A stretch of DNA of 64,000 nucleotides from Malacoraja senta (lineage: Eukaryota): the NCBI GenBank assembly GCA_038087875.1, contig CM076002.1, positions 62,001 through 126,000 on the forward strand, in the 5' to 3' direction. Both the position numbers and the translations under genes were made by a program. The first letter of the stretch is position 1; each line of letters begins with the position of its first letter. Shown here in pieces: positions 1-11,699 of the stretch. The notes below the pieces were generated by a model. It had not been told where the DNA came from, made no database searches, and worked only from the letters and a program-made list of their open reading frames with translations.

Positions 1-60
1 CATGGGGAACATGTTTCCAGCCTCTAGCGTATCCAAGCCCTTAACAATCTTATATGTTTC
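1..60 (-). mobile_element. CR1-type LINE ORF2 3' fragment
   Basis: Minus strand reads ETYKIVKGLDTLEAGNMFPM, matching the C-terminus of the other CR1 copies in the window. Confidence 0.75.
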
Positions 61-2823
61 AAGGGACACCACAAAGAGACGTTGAGAAGCAGTAAGGAGT
101 AGAAGGGAACAAGAGGCAGAACAAGAAAGGACTGAACCTATTGAGGATCTCCGAAAAATAATGGAAGTTTTCATGGAACAAGAGACACAATAAGTTGACA
201 AACTACAGCCAAAACGGTACACAATAGTGTAATGTCTTTTTTAATATGTTAATTCATTGATATTTATAATTGTCTTTAGAAGTTTATAAATGTCTCCAAT
301 AGATAAAATTGTCTTTACAAGTTTATAAATATCTACATCGTGATAAATATCTTTCTCTTTTTTACATTATGCCAAGAAATGGGAGCAAACGTGTTGTAGG
401 ATGGTCAAGGAACACCGCAAAGAGACGTTGAGAAGCAGTAAGGAGCAGAAGGAAACAAGAGACACAACAAGAAAGGACTGAACCTCTTGAGGATCTCCGA
501 AAAATAACGGAAGTTTGCATGGAACAAGAGACACAACAATAAGTTGACAAACTACAGCCAAAATGGTACACAATAGCGAAAGGCTGGGAATTGTTCATGG
601 AAAAGTGTTAGAAGTCAAGAAACTCGATATGTAAACAAGCTAACAAATTAATTGAAAAGCTGAAGGAGCTCATGAAATCAGATTAAAATGCGAAAGAAGT
701 ACAATCTAACCGGGTTCAATTAAGCAAGCTCTGTAATGAAGTCAGAGAAAAGCACGAGTTATTGATGAAAGTACCACTGCCTGAAAAGGAGCTTGAAAAG
801 CAAAATCGTGGTTTCAACAAAGAATGGAAGCTTTTAATGGTTCTATACAAGATGTCGAGAGGTGGTTATCTGGTTGGACAGCAAACTACACACCTCACCG
901 CTGAAAGTTTCATACAACAGAGTGTTGTAGAATCGGAAGAAATCAGACCTGAAGACAGTGTTTCAAATGTCTCAAAACTAAAATCAGGCCACAAATCTAG
1001 GTCGTCATCATGTGCAACTTCAACGCCCTCTGCTGGATTAAAGCTCAGGCAGATATGGCTGCTCTTTTGGAATGGGCTGCTGCCATGAAAAAGAAGCACA
1101 AGCTTGAGGCACAAGAGGAACAATTGAAAAGAGAGACTAAGGCACAAGAGGAACAATTGAAAAGAGAGAAGGAGCAATTGAAAAGAGAGACTAAGGCACA
1201 AGAGGAACAATTGAAAAGAGAGAAGGAGCAATTGAAAAGAGAGACTGAGGCCCAAGAGGAACAATTCAATAAAGAGATGGAACTGCTGGAACTAGGGATG
1301 GAGCTGGCAGTAGCCAATGCAAGGATCAATGTACTTGAGGCCAAGAGATCAAGAAGAAGTGGGCACACAGTAGGGTGGTGTCCACAAATCAGGAAGAAGG
1401 GGCACAGAGAAAAGATAGACTTCTTAAAGGAGAAGGGAGTCTGCTTTGGATGTTTGAAGATAGGACACATGAGCAAAGACTGCAAGAGTCGTATGACTTG
1501 TAATGTGTGCAATCAAGATCATCCTGAAATATTTCACATTGAACAAAAGAATAAAGAGAAGAAACCAGAGCATACAGAACAGAATGAGAAGCCAACTGTG
1601 AGGAATGCTGTTTCCTCACCTCATATGTTTGGGCATATTGGGGCCGGTGATGAAACCCGCATCTTCTCCATTGTACCAGTACATGTAAAGGGCCACAAGG
1701 GGGACACAGTGTTACAAACATACGCATTTTTGGATCATGGAAGCTTGATGAGAAGGCTGAACATTACAGGACAAAAGACCAATATTCTCTTGCGTACCCT
1801 GAACCAAATGAAGTCTGTGATCAGTCATCATATCTCAGGTTTGGAAATATCTAGTCTGGACAAGGACGATTTTATTCAACTATCTGATGTGTTCACGCAT
1901 AAGACTATGTCTGTTTCTCAGCTAAACATCCACAGACAGGAAGACCTGATACAATGGCCTTACTTGAAGGATATCAAGATTCCTAAAATAGACTCTGGCA
2001 TCGACCTACTCATCGGAACAAATGCTTAAAAGGTATTGGAACCTTGGGAGCTGGTCAACAGCCAAGGGGATGGACCATTCGCCGTGAGGACCCTACTGGG
2101 GTGGGTCATCTATGGTCCCCTGAGAGGAGACAATGACAGCAGGAATTAAAATGGCTACCTTGCTATTGCTGTCAATCGAATATCCATTGAAAACCTAGAG
2201 GAGCTACTGGTCAAACTATACAATCACGACTTCAGAGAAAGAACCAGCAAGGAAACAGAGGAAATGTCCAGAGAAGATGTAAAGTTCTTGGATATTATGA
2301 TGCCTTCGGAACAGGATGCCATTCGAATGGCAAGAGACCTGACTTCCCTCTGCCAAATAGGAGGATTCATGCTGTCAAAGTGGATCAGCAACAGTCGTGC
2401 AGTATAGGCACTAATTCCACAAGAAAACAGAGCCAGGGAGACCAGGGAGTTGGACTTGGACAAAGACAATCTGCCAATGGAAAGGGCACTGGGATTGCAC
2501 TGGTGCGTTGAAACGGATGTGTTCACGTTCAGAATTGCTGCACAGGAACAACCATACACAAGACGGGGCATCTTGTCCGTGGTTGGCTCTATATACAACC
2601 CTTTAGGATTTCTAGCACCATTTACTTTGCCAGCCAAGCTGATGAGAACATTTTGCAAACCTTCTCTCAGCGATGGACAGGATGGTTAGCAGATCTCAAC
2701 AAGATGGTGGAATTTAAAGTGGACCGGTGCATGAAGCCCAAAAGCTTTGGTCAAATCAGATTGGCACAGCTTCACCACTTTTCAGACGCAAGCGAAAGTG
2801 ACTACGGTACTGTTTCATATCTA

Positions 2824-2875
2824 GCTGGCTCGAAGGGCCGAATGGCCTATTCCTGCACCTATTGTCTATTGTCTA
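2824..2875 (+). mobile_element. 52-bp extreme 3' end of a CR1 LINE inserted in the BEL RNase H region
   Basis: gctggctcgaagggccgaatggcctattcctgcacctattgtctattgtcta interrupts TVSYL|RLEYDNNEV; the same tail closes CR1 copies at ~25910-25960 and ~49110-49160. Confidence 0.85.
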
Positions 2876-4389
2876 AGACTGGAATATGATAACAATGAAG
2901 TACATGTTGCATTCATAATGGGAAAATCCAGAGTGGCACCATTAAAACAAATGATGATTCCCAGAATGGAGCTTACAGCTGCAGTCCTAGCTGTCAGAGT
3001 TGACACAACACTGCAAAAAGAATTACAACTTCAGCTGGAGAAATCCATCTTCTGGACCGATAGCACAACAGTGCTTAAGTACATCAACAATGAAACCAAA
3101 TGCTTCCAAACATTTGTAGCAAACAGGAATTATTTTGTAAGGGATGCTACTGATGTATCACAATGTGGCACAAAGGAAAATCCTGCAGATGAATCCTCTA
3201 GAGGACTAACAGCAGACCGCTTCTTCAGCTGTAAGAGATGGATCAAGGGACCAGAGTTTCTCTGTAAGCCAGACAAAGAATGGCCAAAACTTAATTTGGA
3301 ATCTGTAATCTTTGCTAATGATCCAGAAATAAAGCAAGACATCAAAATGAACGTCATTGTCAAGGATCCACTGAGTCCAACAAACTCTCTGGTCACCTAT
3401 TGCTCATTATGGAGGAATCTGAAGACTTCTGTAGCTTGGCTTCTTAAAGTAAGGACAACACTCTTGCAGTTGACTCGAAAAAGATGATTGAGACTGCTAT
3501 GAGTAGCTCTGAAAAAGAGGAGATGCAGGTCTTCAAAGCAACATTCCTGAAGATCTGCTCTGAGCAGAAAGCGCAGAGCGCTTTCAGTCAAGGACAAAGA
3601 TTCAAAGAAGAGCTATCAGCATTAGAAGCTGGTAAACATGGTGTCAAAAGAAGCAGTCGTTTGTACAAGCTTGATCTGGTGCTGGGGGATGGACTTCTGA
3701 GAATAGGTAGTCGCCTGAATAGACTAGCCATGTCTGAAGAGGCTAAACATCCTATTATTCTCTCGAAGGACCTTCGCGTATCACACAACTGTTACGACTA
3801 TTCACGAACAGCTCGGACATGGAGGAAGAAATCATTTGTTGTCTCGCCTCCATAAAAGATACTGGATTATCAAAGCTAACTCCGCTGGAAGAAAGGTCAT
3901 AACAGACTGTGTTGTGTGTAATCGACAACGGGGAACAGTTAGAGAACAAAAAATGGCAGACTTGCCCCACCAGACAAGCCTCCATTTACAGATGTAGGAG
4001 TAGACTACTTTGGTCCTATAGAGATCAAGAGAGGAAAAAGTCTTGTGAAAAGGTATGGTATAATCTTCACCTGCATGGCAAGCAGGGCAGTACATCTTGA
4101 AATTGCTTCTACACTTGATTCAGACTCCCGCATCCATGCATTACTAAGATTCATCTGTCAACGAGGTCAAGTTTTATCATTAAGAACAGACAATGGCACA
4201 ACTTTTATCGGAGCAGAAAGAGAATTAAGAGAAGCACTCAATTACTTGAATCAGAACAAGATTCAGAATGCCATGCTTCAGCGAGGGATAAAGTGGTACT
4301 TTAACCCCCCAGCAGGATCTCATCACGGCGGTGTTTGGGAATAATTGATCCGCATGGTTCGAAATGTGCTGCGCTCTGTTCTTAAACAA

Positions 4390-4538
4390 TAGTCTTCACC
4401 CTACCATAGTTACTCAACCAGACGTAACTAAATTTAAGGTAGCTTTACTTCTCCAAGAATCCTTCTTTGCTTAAGTCCACCCTCCGCCACCTCCAGTTTA
4501 AATTCCATTTGGAATATTTTGGAGAACCAAGAACCAAG
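4390..4538 (+). mobile_element. 5'-truncated LINE 3' end inserted in the BEL integrase
   Basis: Interrupts RSVLKQ|LLDDEG; encodes NSLHPTIVTQPDVTKFKVAL (resembling a LINE ORF2 C-terminus); ends in gaaccaa repeats; possible aacaa target duplication. Confidence 0.65.
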
Positions 4539-5194
4539 AACAACTTCTGGACGATGAAGGATTGCAAACTTTATTTTGTGAAGTTGAAGCAATTTTAAAT
4601 GACCGACCCATTGCCAAGAATTCTAATGATCCAATGGACCTGGAAGCACTCACACCAAACCATCTCCTTCTGTTGAAGATCAAGCCAGTACTACTACCTG
4701 GTAGTATTGTGAAGGAAGACTTGTACATTAAAGGCAGATGGAGACAGGTACAATATATGGCAGACCTTTTTTGGAAACGGTGGACACAAGAATACTTGCC
4801 TCTAATCCAAGAACGACAACGATGGTCAAGGGTAAGGAGGAGCTTAGCTCCAGGTGACATCGTTGTGGTGGTTGATTCCACTGCACCACAAGGTTGCTGG
4901 CTAATGGGCAGAATATTGGAGACCATACCAGATGCACAAGGTCTTGTGCGTACAGTACAACTTCAGACTAAGAGCAACATCTTGGCAAAACCGATAACAA
5001 AGATATGTTTGCTCCAAGAAGCCAAAGAAGGAGGATAACAGAAGGAAGAGAAGATTGAAGAATCACTAAAGAGTATTAAATGCCAACACATATTACATAC
5101 TTTAGTTTTTGATAATATGTAAAGCTTTTATAGCTCCTTTTAAGGTTTATTGGGAATTGTTTCGTTATATACGTAGGACAATTAGGGGCCAGTG

Positions 5195-5543
5195 TGTAGG
5201 AGCCATTTATGTTTAAGCTAGCTACTATTGGCATATTATATAATTTTGTCTAGATATTTCTAGCAGTATTATTTTGGACACTTGGGGGCAGTCATTTGAT
5301 GCAAAGAGGGGGCGTATCACAGGGGCTTGGGGGACAGGGAGTGATTCAGAGCAGGCACATGAGGCGGAGAGTACACAGTTCTCACCAGATCAGGGAGAAC
5401 AGAAAGCTACCACTTGTAGAAGGAGAACCTGGTATGGATGTTCATCTCTTTGTTTGTACAACTACTTCAATAAAGAACCAATCAAACTGGAAATAACGAC
5501 TCGAAGTCCTGTTCTTTTTGGTCTGCGTAAGATCACTCCTACT
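5195..5543 (+). repeat. 3' LTR of the BEL/Pao element
   Basis: Follows purine-rich aattagggg; starts tgtaggag and ends ctcctact (inverted terminal repeat with last base mutated); aataaa at ~5469. Confidence 0.75.
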
Positions 5544-5558
5544 TACCTGTGTAGTAAT

Positions 5559-7794
5559 TGTAGATTGGTTACTTCACTTACTAACCAATGCAGTGCTTTA
5601 TTATTAGAAGCTCCGCCTACTACACTGTTCATATTATCGTAACCCAACGTGCTGGCAGTCCATGCTGCTGCACAGTAGAAGCAACATGCTGTAGTGTGAT
5701 ATATGTGCTTTTCAATAAATACTGTTGTACCATGTTCATGAGTATGACTGGGTCATTCTGTCGTGGTCCAAATATTCTTAAACAGACAGAAACGCAAATA
5801 AAATCAGCATAAGCAGTAAAATCTTTATTTTGCCAGGCAGGTGTGGTAAAAACTCTTTACGGTATGCTGATAACAGATTATACAGAGAAGTCCCACACAA
5901 AGGTACAATGATTTCAGGACATGTATATATACCCCTCCACTCGACGATTCAGCAATACGTTATCTATAAAGCTTAGTACAGCCTCTTGCTTCTTAAGATT
6001 GACAGATCCTTTAGATTGACAGCTTCAGAAGACTGACAGGTTCTTCTGACAGAGGAAGGGTTAGCCATATAAGGTTATATGAGAAGGACAAGCATTTTGT
6101 TTTTTTCTACTTATGACGCACATCATAATCATGTGGAACAAGGGTTAGTCTGAATTCTCTCCTATGTTTATGTTATAGAGGAGACATTCATGAAACTGTG
6201 CGTGTTATCTCGCTTATGTTATTGGAAAGAGGAACATCTACAGTCTGCTGACCTTGTTAATGTACAGAAAGCAAGGGTTAGTGCTTTTTTTGCTAGCTTA
6301 GCAATTTAATAGAAAGCCTGTCTTAGTTTCAGCGGAATCCATTTTGTATCTTTAAATCATTATTAACTTCCACAATTCGACATGGTGTCAGATGTCGTTA
6401 CCAACCCACTCCGTGTTTAAGTTTATCATTTTTTAATTTTATTCCCTGTAGTTTACCCGTTTTATCCATCCACTCGTGTTGCTATGGCCAGCTCACTTTG
6501 CAAGCCAGACCCTCTGATCTTTGACTCCGACATTGGCGGATTTTCGAGCATGATTTCAACCATTACATCCGATGCTATCATCCAAAAGTTGTCGCGCCAT
6601 TTCTCCATGCATGGCGCCCCTGCACGCCTCCTGTCAAATAACGGCGGTCAGTTCACCAGCCAGTGTTTCAAAAACGTTGCTCAACGATGGGATTTTGGCC
6701 ATGTCACCAGTAGTCCTGAATTTCCACAGTCAAACGGACTCTCAGAACGAGCTGTCTTGAGCGCTCACACCTTGCCAAATCCGATCTCTACTTGGACCTG
6801 CTCAACTTAAGGAACATCGCCTGTGACCCAATACTGGGGTCTCCTGCCCAACGCCTGATGTCTCGGCAGACTCGTGCTGCCCTGCCCATGCCCCAGCAGC
6901 TGCTACAGCCACAGGTTCGTTCACCTCCCGTTGTACAGAAACAACTCCAGCTGAAACAAGATGCACAGAAGCGATCTTTCGACAAGTCCAGCAAACCACT
7001 TAAACCTCTCTCCAGTGGGCAAGTCGTGCGCCTACAGACCGACAAGGGCTATGGCCGTTTGGGTCACATCCACAGCCCTGAAAATGAGCCATGCTCGTAC
7101 CTGGTAAGCGCCGACGGAGGGATCTACAGACGCAACCGTCAACATCTCCTTCCTGTGAAGGAACCACGTCCTGTTGTCTCGTATCCTGATGCGATATGTC
7201 CGATCTACCTTTCTACTGTCGGACTGTCTCTTCCCTCGCCCTCTGCTGCTGCAGACCAACCGTTGGCTATGCCCCCCCACGCTCTCACAACCATGCTCGG
7301 CGCCCCGCTCCCCAGCTTCACCATGACCATCCCCCGGGTCACCGGTGCGCTCGCCGCATATGTCCCCAGTTATTTCACCGGTGAAGGGAGGAGACGCGGA
7401 TCTGTATCGTACGTGCGCGGAATGGGTTTGAGGCCGCCCCTTAGATATGGGGATTTCGTTTAATCCATCTGTACGTCCCTGTATGCGCTATTAGCGTTTT
7501 GGGTACTGTATTATTCAGTCAGCACACGTGTTTATTCTTTTAGGTCACTTTTATTTAGCTGTGCTTCACTTTTACTTCTACAAGGAAAGATGTAGGTTGG
7601 TTACTTCACTTACTAACCAATGTAATGCTTTATTATTAGAAGCTCCGCCTACTACACTTCATATTATCCTAACCCAACTTGTGCTGGCAGTCCATGCTGC
7701 TACACAGCTGAAGCAACATGCTGTAGTGTGATATATGTGCTTTTCAATAAATACTGTTGTACCATGTTCGCGAGTATGACTGGGTCATTCGACA
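5559..7794 (+). mobile_element. Internally deleted Gypsy (Mag-like) LTR element with both LTRs
   Basis: LTRs 5559-6382 (interrupted) and 7591-7794, TG...CA; 5-bp TSD gtaat (5554-5558, 7795-7799); PBS tggtgtcaga at 6383; PPT aaggaaaga; gag start MASSLCKPDPLIFD fused almost directly to integrase core (NGGQFTS...TSSPEFPQSNGLSERAV). Confidence 0.92.
5759..6374 (-). mobile_element. 616-bp solo LTR (ERV-like or Gypsy) nested in the 5' LTR of the Gypsy element
   Basis: TG...CA ends, 4-bp TSD attc (5755-5758, 6375-6378), absent from the intact 3' LTR; minus-strand TATA-like tatata (~5925) upstream of a minus-strand aataaa (~5824). Confidence 0.85.
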
Positions 7795-8189
7795 GTAATG
7801 GCAACGGAAAAGAAGACAATGGAAAAGTTAGAAATTGCCATTACAGTCGAAATTCTGAACCTTTTTCACAGAATGGAAATATAAATTTCTAGAGGCCGTA
7901 GTTTTAAGGGGAGAGGAGCAAAGTTTAAAGTAGATGTGTAGGGCATGTTTTTTGACACGGAGTAGTGGTGAGTGCCTGCAATGTGCTGATACTGGAGGCA
8001 GATACGATAGTGGCATTTAAGAAAGTTTTTGATCTGCCTGTTACCGAGATGTGACCACCTCAATGTAACTTGTATTTATTACATCCTTTACCCTCAGTCT
8101 ATGGTATGCTTGCTTTCACAGGTCGGTGCATGGGTATAAGAGTCAGGAAATCATAATGCAGCTTTATAGAACTTTGGTTAGGTCACATT

Positions 8190-8701
8190 TAGCATCTTAA
8201 CATACTGTGTATGCGTGTGGTACACCAGCTGCACAGCGGCTAAGAGGAAAGCGCTCCAGAGGGCTATTGACAACGCCCAGAAGATTATCGGCTGCCCTGT
8301 CCTCACCTTGGAGGACCTACACAGCTCCCACTGTCTCAAAAAATCCCAGAAGATCATAAAGGACATTTTCCACCCCGGTCACTCCCTGTTTGTACTGCTG
8401 CCGTCAGGCAGACGGTACAGATCAATGAGGACAAGGACAAACAGACTCAAAAACAGTTTTTATCCCACAGCAATAAATACACTTAATGTAGCCACCAAAT
8501 GAGTACAGGTGCGCTACACACCAAAGGGACTGTGAAATAGACAGAAGAATGTGGTTTTTTTTCATGTTATTTATTTTAGTTGTTTATCTTAGACTTTTGC
8601 TCTAAGAAAATGTGTGAATGGTGCACTGACTGGTTGGCATTTTTAATTTCGTTGTACATGTTTACATGTTATAATGACAATAAAGTATTCATTCATTCAT
8701 T
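8190..8701 (+). mobile_element. Rex1/Babar LINE 3' fragment inserted in a CR1 fragment
   Basis: WYTSCTAAKRKALQR...LLPSGRRYRS...RLKNSFYPTAI; aataaa plus (attc)n tail; CR1 host resumes at tggagtattgcgtgcagttctgg. Confidence 0.85.
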
Positions 8702-8822
8702 TGGAGTATTGCGTGCAGTTCTGGTCGCCTCATTACAGGTAGAGGCTTTGGAAAGGGTGCAGAGGAGGTTTTCCAGAAAGATGCTTGGATTGGATTCAGC
8801 TACAAGGAGCAGTTACTCGCTG

Positions 8823-10152
8823 GTTGCTAGTCTTTCAACTATGTCTCAGTGATTGCAAAAACACCATATACCCACATGCTGATCAGCGCTAAGTTCATCT
8901 GCTTTACTGGTCAGAATCTTTACAACAAAATAGATGCAATTTGACCTTCACATCCTACCATGTACGACATCATTCCCATGTCTGTTCTACCTATTGACTG
9001 ACCTGGTGTTTCTACATTGACTGAAACTTACCCCCAATCACACATCTAGTGTAAGTCCCATTTCCCCCGACCAAATTAGTTTCAAACCTCCCCAACAATA
9101 GGAGTAAAACTGCCAGCAAGGATATTGGACCTTGCCTCATTCAGGTGCAAACTGACCTGCTTGTATAGGCTGCACCCACTCCAGAAATGTCTATGTCCCA
9201 ACATCCAAAGCCCTCCCTCCTACACCATCCCTTTGGCCACACATTCATCTGGCCTATCTTTGTATTCCTATATTCAGGAGCAGGTGGCACCAGAAGCAAT
9301 GCAGAGATTACTATCTTAAGGCCTCCTAGGGGAGGGCGGGAGGCGAGGCCTGTCTGGGCAGAAGGAGCCTCAGCGGCGATGGGAAGCTCGGCGGTGGCAG
9401 CGGGAGCCTCGGCGTCAGCTTGAGCCTCGATGGCGATGGAAGCCTCGGCGGTGAAGCTTCAGTGGTGGTGGGGCCTCAGCGTCAATGGAGCCTCGGTGTC
9501 AGCAGGAACCTCGGTGACAGTGCAGCGTCAGGTGGGGGGGGGGGGGGGAAGGGAAGACAAAGGAGGACCCGGTGTGGGGGGACCACCGTGAATAACAATG
9601 GGGACCCAGCATGGGGGACCGCCGTGAGGGACGGTGGGAGAACAAGGGGGACCCAGTGTGTGTGAGGGGGGGGGGCACTCTTGTTTAGAATACTCTGCCC
9701 AGGGGATAAGCCTGCATTCGTTTGTTTGTTTGTTCATCTGTTCCGGTGAAGGTGCTGTGCACACGGTGGCCAGACATCAGTCACTTGTCTTTTACTTTTT
9801 GTTTTCACTTTTAATTTCAAGTTTTTGCGTACCTTGTTGTATTGTGACAATTGGCAGACCAATTTCCCTCCGGGTATGGATTTATCGTATCTTATATCGT
9901 TAAAGGTCCTGCTCATGATTCTGCCATGCAAGGCATGGAAAGATACAGATCTAATGCAGGCAAATGGATTAGTGCATATGGGCAAAGATGTATGGACATG
10001 GTGGGCCAAAGGGCCTGTTTAGAGTCATACAGCACGGTAACAGACCTTTCAGCCCAATATGTCTATAACAACCAAGATACTGACCATCTAAGCTGGTCCC
10101 ATTTTCTCACGTTTGGCCCATGTCCCTCTAAACCTTTCCTATCCATGTACCT
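8823..10152. repeat. Copy A of a ~750-bp local duplication (copy B 12231-12976) of old CR1 pieces, with a ~580-bp insertion at ~9321-9899
   Basis: Collinear, highly similar sequence from gttgct(a/g)gtctttcaactatg to atccatgtacct in both places, including the same junction between unrelated repeat pieces. Confidence 0.85.
9321..9899 (+). mobile_element. Non-coding retroposon-like insertion with tatcg-repeat tail
   Basis: Present only in copy A of the duplication; GC-rich head with agcctc repeats; ends aatttccctccggg...tatcgtatcttatatcgt. Confidence 0.6.
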
Positions 10153-10754
10153 GAGTGTGCTCGGTTTTACTGAGAGCTTCAGTGTTTTCAGTTCCACCCG
10201 ACCACAACCACATCCTTTGCTTTACACAGAAGCCATGTGACTGTTAGAATCATAGAGATAAACAGCATCAAAACTAGCCCTTCAGCCCAACTTGTCCATG
10301 CTGACCCAGTTACTGAGTTAGTAACTTCGTCCCTGTCTCTCCAAACCTTTCCTATCTATTTACCAGTCCAAATATTTTTAAACATTGCCACTTTACCTGT
10401 CAGAGAAGCTAGTAGAGGCAGGTAAAATAACACTGTGTAAAGATATTTAGACAGGTACAATGATGGGCAAGTTTGGAGACATGGACCAGGCACGGGCTTC
10501 TGGGACGACTTCGTTTGTAACTTGGACGATTTGGGCTGAAGGGCCTGTTTTGATGCTGCATAGATATTTAAACATTGAAAAGCTTGTGTGAAAATGTTGC
10601 CCCTTAAAATCTCCCCCCTCTAGTTTTAAACTCCCCAATACCAGGGAAAAGGCTGTGACCATCCATCTTATCTTTGTCTCTCATGGTTTTATTAACTTCT
10701 GTAAAGTCACCCTTTAGCCTCCAATGATCATGAAAATAATCTCCAGCCTCTTCG

Positions 10755-10865
10755 TGTTACGCAAATCTGAAAACCCGTACAGACAGTCACATGGTTTCTG
10801 TGAAAAGCCAAGGATGTGGTTGTGGTGAAACTGAAAAACTGAAGCTCTCAGTAAAACAAGGCACA
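10755..10865. promoter_or_regulatory. Candidate immune-type regulatory module (C/EBP-like, E-box, two RUNX sites, ISRE-like)
   Basis: ttacgcaa (10757), tcacatg (~10787), tgtggt twice (~10815-10826), gaaactgaaa (10827-10836); most of it is duplicated in inverted orientation at 10156-10244. Motif matches only. Confidence 0.4.
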
Positions 10866-11170
10866 ATCTGGGGAGAAGTCACACTGACAACCTGAAGCAG
10901 CCATTCACCTGTCCGGGACAGTGAAGGAAGGAGCTGGTAATCAGTCACTGTGCGTTTTGCTGTCTATTGGTCTGCGTTACACTTATTCAGTGCTGTCTCT
11001 GGTGTTGAGTTCACTCACCTTCCAATGTTATTTCTGGCAGAGCGTGAGCGGTGAAATCGTGTGATCGGAGCCACAGACACTACTCTCGTGAGTGGTAAGG
11101 CCAAGAGAGGGGACGGAGACCAGCAGCAGCTGTGGGATTGCCACGACGGAGGTATAGAAGGAGGGCCAGG

Positions 11171-11690
11171 TAAACATAGAAACATAGAAACATAGAAAAT
11201 AGGTGCAGGAGTAGGCCATTCGGCCCTTCGAGCCTGCACCGCCATTCAATATGATCATGGCTGATCATCCAACTCAGTATCCCGTACCTGCCTTCTCTCC
11301 ATACCCCCTGATCCCCTTAGCCACAAGGGCCACATCTAACTCCCTCTTAAATATAGCCAATGAACTGGCCTCAACTACCCTCTGTGGCAGAGAGTTTCAG
11401 AGATTCACCACTCTCTGTGTGAAAAAGTTTTTCCTCATCTCGGTCTTAAAGGATTTCCCGCTTATCCTTAAGCTGTGACCCCTTGTCCTGGACTTCCCCA
11501 ACATCGGGAACAATCTTCCTGCATCTAGCCTGTCCAACCCCATAAGAATTTTGTACGTTTCTATAATCTCAATCTCCTAAATTCTAGCGAGTATAAGCCA
11601 AGCCTATCCAGTCTTTCTTCATATGAAAGTCCTGACATCCCAGGAATCAGTCTGGTGAACCTTCTCTGCACTCCCTCTATGGCTATAATG
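11171..11690 (-). mobile_element. Young CR1 LINE 3' end
   Basis: AIEGVQRRFTRLIPGMSGLSYEERLDRLGLYSLEFRRLR on minus strand, 3' UTR and (tttctatg)n tail. Confidence 0.9.
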
Positions 11691-11699
11691 TAGAGTGGG

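Larger units (their letters stand above)
61..5543 (+). mobile_element. Decayed BEL/Pao LTR retrotransposon (gag zinc knuckles, protease, RT core deleted, RNase H, integrase, 3' LTR); no 5' LTR in the window
   Basis: CFGCLKIGHMSKDC knuckle; TYAFLDHGS protease motif; ERALGLHW, LHHFSDAS, GKSRVAP, IPRMEL and FWTDS motifs; SRAVHLE, RTDNGTTF, PPAGSHHGGVWE, LNDRP, LTPNHLL and FWKRWTQEYL in integrase/C-terminus; many stops and frameshifts. 5' boundary approximate. Confidence 0.92.
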
